Source: Deltaproteobacteria bacterium
GTDB lineage: Bacteria; Myxococcota_A; Polyangia; GCA-2747355; JADLHG01
DNA length: 64,000 bases
Direction: 5' to 3'
Assembly: GCA_020848905.1 (NCBI GenBank)
Contig: JADLHG010000026.1
Coordinates: forward strand, 17,422 to 81,421
Shown here: positions 56,248 to 64,000 of the stretch, piece after piece
Layout of the letters: every line of letters begins with the position of its first letter
Numbering within the stretch: the first letter of the stretch is position 1
Made by a program: the position numbers and the translations under genes
Notes under the pieces: model-generated
What the model was told of the DNA's origin: nothing
The model's database searches: none
What the model saw: only the letters and a program-made list of their open reading frames with translations

Positions 56248-58038
56248 CTACTTGCGGACCTGGAAGCCGAAGATCTTGTCGTCGGGCATCTTCGCCAGCT
56301 CCACGCCGGTGACCAGCATGCCGTCGGTGCGGTGCGCGACGACGTCGAGGAAGTCCACACCCACGTCGTAGTAGCCGTCGTTGCCGTAGTCGTAGACCAC
56401 GTCGAACTTCAGCAGCCCCACTTGGTCGAGCGGCAGCGTCGAAGGATTGATGATCGCGACGGGCGGCGAGTTGGTGCAGCTATTCTGCACGGTGGCGCCC
56501 TGGTACTGCACGACCTTGTCCTTGTAGTAGATGCGGCCCACGCTCCCCGGACCGCCCGGCTTGACTATCTGCGGGTTGTTCCAGAATTTGGACCAATCCT
56601 GGTGCGCCACGACGATCTTGGTCACGTTGGCGTGCTTCCCTTCCGCCATGCCGACGGGCGGGTTCACGTAGGTGAAGATCGGGTTCGACACGGTGTACGT
56701 GTTGTCCCAGCCCTCGATGATCCCGCGCCCGGGGGAACCGTACGCGAGGTTCACGATGAGGTGCGAAGAGGTCATGCGCGCCTGCACGGCCTCGTCGTAG
56801 GCCTTCTGGGCCGCGGCAGCGAGCGTGGCGTCGGTGGCCGCGGACTTGGCCAGCGTGGCCGCCTGCTTCGAGGCCGTCTCGGACTTGTCCGCCTCGGCGC
56901 GACAGGTCGGCGCGTCGGCGAGCGTCTGATCGAAGGCCTTCTGCGCGGCGAGGGCCGCCGTCTCGGCCGCTTGCGCCTGGGCCTGGGCCTGGGTGGCCGC
57001 CTCGCGCGCCGCCTTGGCCTTGGCCTGCGCCTCGGGGCTGTTCTTCGCCGCCGCCTCGGCCTGGTCCGCCGCATCGGCAGCCGCCTTGGCCGCCACCTTC
57101 GCCGCGTCCGCCGCACCGCGTGCGGTCAGGCTGTCCGACTTCGCGCGGAACCACGCGCCGCTGTACTGGATGGTCAGGCCCACCTCGGACTCGCCGTCCA
57201 CGCCGTCCTTGTGACCGAACGAGTGGTCGAACTTCCCGTTGCGGTCCACGTCCACGATGATGTCGTAGGGGCCGACGTTCTTGCCGGTAGGCTGCCAGCC
57301 GAGGTCGGTGGGCTTGATGATGCCGTTCTCCACCTTGGCCACGATGGGGCCGGCGAGCCAGCCCTCCTGGCCGCGCTGCGGAATGGGCTTGTTCTTCCAG
57401 ACGTCCTGGTCCTTCACGAGGTAAAGGTCCACGGAGGTGACGCCCGTCGGAAACCCGCGCCCGGCGGCGTAGACGGGAGCCGCGGTCTCGCCGTTGTCGG
57501 GGAGCGCCCCCACGACGTAGGCGTTGATCGGGCGGCCGTCCGGCTTGGCGCTGTAGACGTGCGGAGGCTGGACCTCGTCGATCTGGAAGCCGTAGCCCTG
57601 GATCATGTGCAGCGTCGGCAGCACGGGGACCTCGCCGGAACCGACGAGCTTGCCCGCCTCGAGGTCGTGGATCTTGACCTGCAGGGTGTCCCGCTCCTTG
57701 ACGCCGTCGAACTCGGTGAGGTCGTGGGCCACCGAAGCGAGCCCCAGCCGACCCATCGTGTCGGTGAGCAGGTCGGCCCGCGCCACCTCCTTACCGGTGT
57801 CCTTGTTCACGACGAGGACCTGGTGCATGGCGTTCGCGCGATAGAGGGTGTCCTTCCCGGTCGCGATCTGCAGCGCGCCGCCGCTTCGCAGCACGCCGTC
57901 GTCGCCGCCGGAGCTCTCGATCGCCAGCCCGCTGCTGCCGAAGCGTCCCTGGCCGTAGCCCGGGTCGGCCGTGTCAGCGCAGCCGCCAGCGACAAGACCC
58001 ACGATCCCGATGGCGCGAACGAAGCGGACTGGACGCAT
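56248..58038 (-). CDS. Hypothetical lipoprotein with an internal Ala/Gln/Lys-rich low-complexity linker
   Basis: ATG at 58038 with a GGAGG RBS. Signal MRPVRFVRAIGIVGLVAGGCAD. Confidence 0.55.
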   Translation of the reverse strand: MRPVRFVRAIGIVGLVAGGCADTADPGYGQGRFGSSGLAIESSGGDDGVLRSGGALQIATGKDTLYRANAMHQVLVVNKDTGKEVARADLLTDTMGRLGLASVAHDLTEFDGVKERDTLQVKIHDLEAGKLVGSGEVPVLPTLHMIQGYGFQIDEVQPPHVYSAKPDGRPINAYVVGALPDNGETAAPVYAAGRGFPTGVTSVDLYLVKDQDVWKNKPIPQRGQEGWLAGPIVAKVENGIIKPTDLGWQPTGKNVGPYDIIVDVDRNGKFDHSFGHKDGVDGESEVGLTIQYSGAWFRAKSDSLTARGAADAAKVAAKAAADAADQAEAAAKNSPEAQAKAKAAREAATQAQAQAQAAETAALAAQKAFDQTLADAPTCRAEADKSETASKQAATLAKSAATDATLAAAAQKAYDEAVQARMTSSHLIVNLAYGSPGRGIIEGWDNTYTVSNPIFTYVNPPVGMAEGKHANVTKIVVAHQDWSKFWNNPQIVKPGGPGSVGRIYYKDKVVQYQGATVQNSCTNSPPVAIINPSTLPLDQVGLLKFDVVYDYGNDGYYDVGVDFLDVVAHRTDGMLVTGVELAKMPDDKIFGFQVRK

Positions 58039-58376
58039 GCGGGTTCCTCCTCTTGAGCCTGAGGCTAAGCATTTCCCAGGCCAGATGACCAGCGTTGGCA
58101 CATGGGGTCGGCAGCCCCAGGGATGGCCCGTCTAAGCGCCTTGAACCAGTGACATCTACGCGGGACGCGGGGCCTTTCCACGATCGTCGGATCCTCGTCC
58201 GGACGGGGGGACGACTGTGCCCGAAGTGCCCGGCCCGCTGGGGTCATCCGTCCCCGTCCCGAGAGGGGGAACGGGCCTCCCGGTGGTGGGTAACTATCCT
58301 ACATCCCCCGGAAATTTGGGAGGCGATCTCTCGCATGGTATCCAGGCTTTCCACCCCCAGAGGAGGGAGCCGACCC

Positions 58377-61367
58377 GTGCAGATCGCCAACGCAGACCCT
58401 CAACGATCAGATCTGGACCTGCAGAGCGCGAACGATCCCCGGGCCATGGCCCTGCGGCTGGTGGGCGCCGGCAAGAAGGTCCTCGTAGCCGGGCTCGTCG
58501 AGGAGTCGGTGCTTCGAGCCCTGAAGGAACAGCAGTGCCACCTCGTCGTCGTGGCGAAGGAGCGGCAGGCGGCGACCGCGCTGCGCAAACACTGCGCGAC
58601 GGTGATTCACGGTGACCTCGCGCAGCTGAACCTCGGGCCGTACCTCCACGGGCGCAAGTTCGACGTGCTTCTGCTTGGCCAGCTCCTGCAGCAAACGCCC
58701 GCCGCTGCGACCCTCGTGCGCCGACTGCTGCCCTATCTCTCGGAGCAGGGCGCGATCGTCGCCGTCTTCCTGAACGCGGCGCACGCGAGCCGACGTCTGG
58801 CGCTCCTCGCGGGTGAGGCCGACGCGGTGCAGGAGGGGGCCGCGCTCTCGCTCGGAAGCCTGGACGAGATCCGCCGCGGCCTGGCCGAGGGCGGGCTCGC
58901 GCTCGACGCCGTGGAGCGGCTCTACAGTCCGCTCTACGAGAAGCCCGTCGGCGACGGAGATACGTGGGACACCGAGAGCATTCCTCCCGCGGTCCAGCTG
59001 CTGCTCGAACGTGACCCCGAGGCGTCGGTCGGCTTCTACGTGGCCCGCGCGGTGCGCAACCGGATCGATGCGAGCGTCGAGACGCCGCGCCCGGCTCGTC
59101 CCTCGCGCGCTCCGAACGGCCGCCGGACCCTGCTGAGCCGCGCGGAGCAGCAGACGCTCGAGGCGCCGCTGCGTCAGGCCCACGAAACGCGGATGCAGGC
59201 CGAGGCGCGCCTCGCCGCCCTCGCGCTCTCGATGCGCGAGACGGAAGAGGAGAGCGTGCGGCTGCGGGGACAGCTCGACGAACTGCACGGCGAGCTCGAG
59301 GAGCTCCGCCGGCACGCCGAGCAGCACGCGGGGGCCTCCACGGCGCAGGCGGCGAAGCTCCAGCTCCAGCTCGTGGAGCGCGAGGAGGAGCTTCGGCGAC
59401 GGGCGGCGGGGCTCGAGGCGCTCGAGCGCGAGCTCGAACGCAGCGTCGAACACGGCGAGGAGGCGCGGAGGGAACTGGCGCACCTCCTCGGCGAACGGGA
59501 CGGGGAGATCGCGGCGAAGGAAGCGGCGCTCCGCACCCAGCAGGCCGCGGTCGCCGAGCTCGAGGCCGAGCTCGGCCGGCTGCGAGCCCTCGCGCAGACC
59601 GACACGGCGGCGCACCTCCGTCGGGTCGCCGAGCTCGAGGAACGCGAGGCCTCCCAGGGCATCGCCGTGGCCGAAGCCGAGCGCCGGCTGGAGGAGCTTG
59701 CCGAGCGGCTGCGGCAGAGCGACGCAGCCCGGGACGCGCTCGACGCCGAGCTGCTGCGACGTCGCGAGGAGGTGACGGCCACGGAGGAGGCGCGAGCCGC
59801 GCTCGACGCGGCCCTGGCGACCCTCGCAGCGAAAGAGAGCGCTCTCGCGTCCGAGCAACACCGCTCCACGGCCAGCCTCGCGGCCCTCGAGCGTCGGCTG
59901 GAGCAGGAGCGAACTGCGGCGGAGCAGACCTCGCTCACCTTGGCGGCGCGGCTCGGCGAGCTGGAGGACCGGCTGCGCGAGGCCGAGGCCGAGCGAGCCG
60001 AGCGCGAGGGGGAGCTGGACGGGCTGCGCACCCGCCTCGAGGTCACCCGCGGGTGGCTGGCCGAGCGCGACGAGCAGGTCGCCGCGGTGACGGCGCACCT
60101 CGAGCGGACGCAGGGGCACCTCGACGAGACGACCGGAGAGCTGGCCGCGTTCGCCGCGCGTCTGGAGAGCTGCCAGGCCGAGCTGTCGCAGCGCGAAGCG
60201 TCGATCGAGGAGCTCAAGGCCCGCCTCGCCGGGGAGCGCGAGCAGGGAGAAGCGGCACGCCGGGCGCTGGCCGAGGCCGAGGGCACGCTGGCCGAGGTCG
60301 AGAGCGCGCTGGCCGCGCAGGCCCTCGAGCTCGAGGCGAGCGCATGCGCCCTCCACGGCGCGCAGGGGCAGGTCCGGGCCGAGCAGGCCCGCGCGGCGCT
60401 ACTGGAGGACGATCTGGAGGCCACGCGCAACGGGGTGGGCCTCGAACGGGCGCGAGCGGAGGCGCTCGCGGCGACGCTCGAGGGGGCCCACCACGAGCTC
60501 GCGGCGGTGCGCACCCAGGGGGAAGCCACGACCCTCGCGCTCGAAACCACCCGCGACGAGCTCGCGGCGGCGCGCAACCACGGGGAAGCCACGGCCTTCG
60601 CGCTCGAGGTCGCCCGCAACGAGCTGTCGGCAGCGCGCACCGACGCAAACACCACGGCCCTCGCGCTCGAGGCCGCCCGCGACGAGCTGTCGGTCGCCCG
60701 CAGCCGCGGCGAAGCGCTCGAGCTGACCCGAGAGGAGCTGACGGCGGCACGCGCCCGCGGCGAGGCCCTCGAAGCGGAGCTTCGCGAAGCCCGCGGCGAC
60801 CTGGCGCAGGAGCGCACGCGCACCGACGAGCTCTTCCGCCGGAGCTCCGAGCAGGCCGAGGAGATCCGCGGCCTCGAGCAACGACTCGCCCGCGCGGGAG
60901 CCGAGGTGGCCGCGGTGCAGAGCTCGCTCGAGGCCCGCGTCTCCTCGCTCCTGACCGACCTCGGCGAGCGCGAGCAGATCCTGAGCGCCCGCGGCGCGCG
61001 CGTGCACCAGCTCGAGGAAGAGGCCGAGACGCTGCGCCGGGCCGCGCAGCACATGCGGGCGGTCCTCGAGCTCCACGCCGCGGAGCTCCAGGACGAGCTC
61101 TCACGGCTGCGCGGGAGCTTCCTCGTGCGGATCGCCGCGCGGGTGATGGACACGCGCGAGCGGCTGCTGCCCGTGGGGACCCGCCGACGCGCGGCCTACG
61201 ACCGCCTCGTCGGATACGCTGCGACGGCGACTCCGCCCACGCGCTCGGAACAGCTCAGCCGCTCCGCCCGCCCCCGCGGCGCGTCGCGGCCGGCCTCCTC
61301 CACCCCCCTCGACGGTGCGATCTCGCGCGCCACCTCCCTCTTCCGGCAGCCGTCGGCGCGGGCATAG
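58377..61367 (+). CDS. Large coiled-coil protein with an N-terminal Rossmann/methyltransferase-like domain
   Basis: GTG at 58377 with GGAGGG 8 nt upstream (alternative ATG at 58335). N-terminal VGAGKKVLVAG glycine-rich loop. Roughly 750 aa of E/A/R/L coiled coil with 21-aa tandem repeats. Confidence 0.6.
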   Translation: MQIANADPQRSDLDLQSANDPRAMALRLVGAGKKVLVAGLVEESVLRALKEQQCHLVVVAKERQAATALRKHCATVIHGDLAQLNLGPYLHGRKFDVLLLGQLLQQTPAAATLVRRLLPYLSEQGAIVAVFLNAAHASRRLALLAGEADAVQEGAALSLGSLDEIRRGLAEGGLALDAVERLYSPLYEKPVGDGDTWDTESIPPAVQLLLERDPEASVGFYVARAVRNRIDASVETPRPARPSRAPNGRRTLLSRAEQQTLEAPLRQAHETRMQAEARLAALALSMRETEEESVRLRGQLDELHGELEELRRHAEQHAGASTAQAAKLQLQLVEREEELRRRAAGLEALERELERSVEHGEEARRELAHLLGERDGEIAAKEAALRTQQAAVAELEAELGRLRALAQTDTAAHLRRVAELEEREASQGIAVAEAERRLEELAERLRQSDAARDALDAELLRRREEVTATEEARAALDAALATLAAKESALASEQHRSTASLAALERRLEQERTAAEQTSLTLAARLGELEDRLREAEAERAEREGELDGLRTRLEVTRGWLAERDEQVAAVTAHLERTQGHLDETTGELAAFAARLESCQAELSQREASIEELKARLAGEREQGEAARRALAEAEGTLAEVESALAAQALELEASACALHGAQGQVRAEQARAALLEDDLEATRNGVGLERARAEALAATLEGAHHELAAVRTQGEATTLALETTRDELAAARNHGEATAFALEVARNELSAARTDANTTALALEAARDELSVARSRGEALELTREELTAARARGEALEAELREARGDLAQERTRTDELFRRSSEQAEEIRGLEQRLARAGAEVAAVQSSLEARVSSLLTDLGEREQILSARGARVHQLEEEAETLRRAAQHMRAVLELHAAELQDELSRLRGSFLVRIAARVMDTRERLLPVGTRRRAAYDRLVGYAATATPPTRSEQLSRSARPRGASRPASSTPLDGAISRATSLFRQPSARA
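60518..60780 (+). repeat. Tandem 63-nt (21-aa) repeats inside the coiled-coil gene, about 3 to 4 copies
   Basis: The unit GGGGAAGCCACGACCCTCGCGCTCGAAACCACCCGCGACGAGCTCGCGGCGGCGCGCAACCAC recurs at about 60518, 60582 and 60645 with substitutions. Confidence 0.7.
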
Positions 61368-61410
61368 GGACCCCCGGCGCGGGCGCACGGGCCCTACCTG
61401 ACCGCGCGGC

Positions 61411-61995
61411 TCACTTCGCGCAGTAGCTGCAGGGCACGCCGGGGACCGGGTTGCACGTACCGCCCCCCGGACAACTCGAGGTGCAGGTGGGCCGACAGAG
61501 GCCGGTCTTCGCCGTGGGCGGCGACGCGATGCACACGAGGGTCCCGGCGCACGGGCGGTCCTCGTCGCAGGCCTTGCCCTCGCCTTCGCCCGGCATGCAC
61601 ACGGCCTGGCTTATGACGGTGTTGATGCAGGTCTCGCTATCCTTGCACGGGCTGACCTTCGGATTGCAGTCGGCGCGCGTGCAAGGCGACCGACAGGCGC
61701 CCTTCACGCAGAGCAGCGGGGCCTTGCAGGGGCATGGCCCGCCGGGGATCGTCGTGAGCACCGTGCTGTCGGGCTTGACGGGCGCCGCGTCGGCTCGGAC
61801 GGCGGGCTGGTCGTAGTGCACGGCCAGGTCCGCCGGCGGGACGGCGCGGTCACGGAGCGGCGCCGCGTCGGCCGGAGGAATGGGGCTCGAGCTGCCTGGG
61901 CAACCGGCGGTGCAGCTGACGAGAGCGATCCAGAGCCCCGGAGTTCGGAGGAGCGCCGACGCGAGGCGAGAAGGGGTGGGTGAAGGCATTGTCAT
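61411..61995 (-). CDS. Cys-rich lipoprotein (paralog A)
   Basis: ATG at 61995 or 61989. Signal MTMPSPTPSRLASALLRTPGLWIALVSCTAGC. About 20 Cys, including GGPCPCKAPLLCVKGACRSPCT. Confidence 0.55.
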   Translation of the reverse strand: MTMPSPTPSRLASALLRTPGLWIALVSCTAGCPGSSSPIPPADAAPLRDRAVPPADLAVHYDQPAVRADAAPVKPDSTVLTTIPGGPCPCKAPLLCVKGACRSPCTRADCNPKVSPCKDSETCINTVISQAVCMPGEGEGKACDEDRPCAGTLVCIASPPTAKTGLCRPTCTSSCPGGGTCNPVPGVPCSYCAK

Positions 61996-62039
61996 CCGTT
62001 TTGCAATCCACGTTCCGTAGGAGGCCAGTCGACGAGAGC

Positions 62040-62681
62040 GTGACCACAGCGTGCCACAGCCGGACGAAATGGGTGCAACGCCTCGCGCTTTCCGCCGGAT
62101 TGGTCGCCCTGACCGCAAGCCAGGGGTGCCAGACCGGCACGGTGGAAAGCGGGGACGCTAGACCCCAGGGCCCCCCTCCGACCTGGAGCGATCAGGGGAG
62201 CTGGCCCGATCGGGGGGCGGAGCGAAAGGACCAGAGGCTCGCCGACCGGGATGCCGGGGCGGGGGAGGCCCGGCCGAGGGACCGCGGCGTCCGGGACGCG
62301 GGCCGAGCGGACGCACCGACGACGCCCGGGCTGGGCGGACCGTGCCCGTGCAAGGCCCCCTTGCTCTGCGTCTGGAAGACCTGCCACGCCCCCTGCACTC
62401 CCTCCGGAGGCTGCGACGAGCTCTCGGGATGCCCGTCGAACCAGGCCTGCATCGCCGTCACCGACCGCCCGGCCGGGACCTACGCCTGCGTCCCCGGGGT
62501 CGCGCTCGGTGCCACCTGCGACGCGAACACCTCGTGCCGCAGCGGGACGATCTGCGCCACGGTCTCGGGCAAGCCTTTGCAGTGCACCGCCACCTGCCCG
62601 ACGCCGGGCGCGGGCTGCGGGCAGGGTGGCCTGTGCATCCCCACCTCCCGCGCGGGCTGCAACCTCTGCGCGCCGCCGTGA
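62040..62681 (+). CDS. Cys-rich lipoprotein (paralog B), divergently transcribed
   Basis: Lipobox LVALTASQGC. GGPCPCKAPLLCVWKTCHAPCT is shared with paralog A. Start is uncertain (GTG 62040, or in-frame 61980/62001/62076). Confidence 0.5.
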   Translation: MTTACHSRTKWVQRLALSAGLVALTASQGCQTGTVESGDARPQGPPPTWSDQGSWPDRGAERKDQRLADRDAGAGEARPRDRGVRDAGRADAPTTPGLGGPCPCKAPLLCVWKTCHAPCTPSGGCDELSGCPSNQACIAVTDRPAGTYACVPGVALGATCDANTSCRSGTICATVSGKPLQCTATCPTPGAGCGQGGLCIPTSRAGCNLCAPP

Positions 62682-62769
62682 GCTCCGTGGGGCATGTTTT
62701 GCTTGATCCCCCGGCGAATTGGGGGCATACACGGCGGGCGTCTTACCCAGGCGGCACGTCGAGGGGCCC

Positions 62770-64000
62770 ATGGGCCGCAGAAACATCCTTGAGATTCCGC
62801 TGAACGAGCTCGCCGAAGGCGACATCATCTACGATTGGAACACTGCGACCTCAAGTTCCAGGCCCCTCCAGCCGATTAGACTCTTCGACGAAACCCTGCG
62901 GGACGGATTGCAGTCCCCCTCGGTCGTAGACCCGCCAATCGGCGAGAAGTTGCGTCTCGTGCACCTGATGGACCAGGTCGGAATCCACCACGTCGACATC
63001 GGGTTGCCCGGTGCCGGCCCGCGTGCGCGAGAGGACGTGCGCGCGCTGGCCCGCGAGATGGCCGACGCGAAGCTGGGGATCCGGGGCGCCTGCGCCGCGC
63101 GCACCACGGCGGTGGACATCCAGCCGATCATCGACATCTCGCAGGAGGTCGGGCTCGAGATCGAGGTCATGACCTTCATCGGGTCCAGCTCCATCCGGCG
63201 CTACGCCGAGCAGTGGGACCTCGAGCTGATGCTCAAGCGCACCGCCGAGGCCGTCGAGCTGTGCCGGCGCCACAACCTGCCGTGCACGTACGTGACGGAG
63301 GACACGACGCGCTCTCACCCCGAGGTCCTCGAGACCCTCTTCCGCTGCGCCATCGATAACGGCGCGTACCGCCTCTGCCTGTGCGACACCGTGGGTCACG
63401 CCACCCCCGACGGCGTGCGGGCGCTCATCGAGTGGACGCTGCGCCTGACCGCCGAGCACGGCCCTCACGTGGGGATCGACTGGCACGGGCACAATGACCG
63501 CGGGCTCGCCCTCGAGAACGCCCTCTGGGCGGCGCAGTTCGGCGCAGACCGGGTGCACGGCACGATCCTCGGCGTGGGCGAGCGCGTCGGAAACACGGCC
63601 ATCGATCAGCTCCTGCTGAACCTGAAGCTCCTCGGCTGGCACCAGGGGGACGTGAGCAAGCTCGTGCTCCTCTGCAAGACGCTCTCCGCCGCCACCCGAG
63701 TTCCCATCCCTTTCAATTACCCGCTCGTGGGCGACGACGCCTTCCGCACGGCCACCGGAGTTCACGCCGCGGCCGTGATCAAGGCCGAGCGCCGGGGCGA
63801 TAGTTATTTGGCGGACCACATCTATTCTGGAGTGCCGGCCAGCGCGTTCGGCAAGCAACAAGAAATTGCCATCGGCCACATGAGTGGCGAATCCAACGTA
63901 GTCTACTGGCTTGGCAAGCGGGGTGTAGAGGCGGCGGACGAGCTGGTGAGACGCATCTTCGACGAAGCCAAGAAGTCCAACCGGCTTCTCACCGACGATG
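62770..64000 (+). CDS. 2-isopropylmalate synthase/homocitrate synthase family (DRE-TIM metallolyase), 3' end truncated by the window edge
   Basis: FDETLRDGLQSP, HGHNDRGLALENALWAA and GERVGNTAIDQ motifs. Not in the ORF track because it has no stop inside the window. Confidence 0.75.
   Translation, partial: MGRRNILEIPLNELAEGDIIYDWNTATSSSRPLQPIRLFDETLRDGLQSPSVVDPPIGEKLRLVHLMDQVGIHHVDIGLPGAGPRAREDVRALAREMADAKLGIRGACAARTTAVDIQPIIDISQEVGLEIEVMTFIGSSSIRRYAEQWDLELMLKRTAEAVELCRRHNLPCTYVTEDTTRSHPEVLETLFRCAIDNGAYRLCLCDTVGHATPDGVRALIEWTLRLTAEHGPHVGIDWHGHNDRGLALENALWAAQFGADRVHGTILGVGERVGNTAIDQLLLNLKLLGWHQGDVSKLVLLCKTLSAATRVPIPFNYPLVGDDAFRTATGVHAAAVIKAERRGDSYLADHIYSGVPASAFGKQQEIAIGHMSGESNVVYWLGKRGVEAADELVRRIFDEAKKSNRLLTDD

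Noticed and set aside
58407-61153. Minus-strand ORFs (58407..60356, 59174..61153, 60214..61104), and the plus-strand alternate frame 60053..61426, inside the coiled-coil gene
   Set aside because: These are antisense or frame-shifted reads of a highly repetitive GC-rich coiled-coil gene. The Ser/Ala/Arg-rich translations lack structure.
62851-63879. 342-aa minus-strand ORF
   Set aside because: It is antisense to the LeuA-family synthase, which carries the DRE-TIM motifs HGHND and GERVGN.
1-64000. Search for tRNA, rRNA, CRISPR arrays, IS elements or integrases
   Set aside because: I saw no T-loop or anticodon-arm-like 75-nt candidates in the few intergenic gaps over 150 nt, no regularly spaced direct repeats, and no transposase or integrase-like ORFs. 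A cmscan or tRNAscan run would be needed for certainty.

Overview
This is a roughly 70% GC chromosomal segment with Myxococcota hallmarks. Two secreted proteins carry MYXO-CTERM-like sorting tails, there are three ECF sigma factors, a large Ser/Thr kinase fused to a STAND NTPase, many lipoproteins, and several ATGA/GTGA start-stop overlaps. I call about 50 CDSs. I found no rRNA, tRNA, CRISPR array or obvious IS or transposase. Recognisable housekeeping genes are asd, truA, pssA-like, lgt, plsC-like, tldD/pmbA, an alpha-glucan phosphorylase and a partial LeuA-family synthase. Accessory content includes a vWA / two sensor kinases / MoxR / DUF58 / transglutaminase cluster, tandem M16 peptidases, a YD-repeat lipoprotein, three secreted alpha/beta-hydrolase-like lipoproteins, a MopE-like Cys-rich lipoprotein, a roughly 1000 aa coiled-coil protein with 63-nt tandem repeats, and a divergent pair of paralogous Cys-rich lipoproteins. 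The most unusual signal is a 68-codon glutaredoxin-fold ORF at 3661..3868 on the minus strand. Its CxxC position is an in-frame TGA followed by a SECIS-like hairpin, so it is a candidate selenoprotein, and it sits between an ECF sigma factor and the M16 peptidase pair. Most of the long six-frame ORFs in the track are GC-driven antisense or alternate-frame artefacts, and I rejected them where they conflict with motif-supported genes. All functional calls rest on motif recognition by eye, because no database search was possible.
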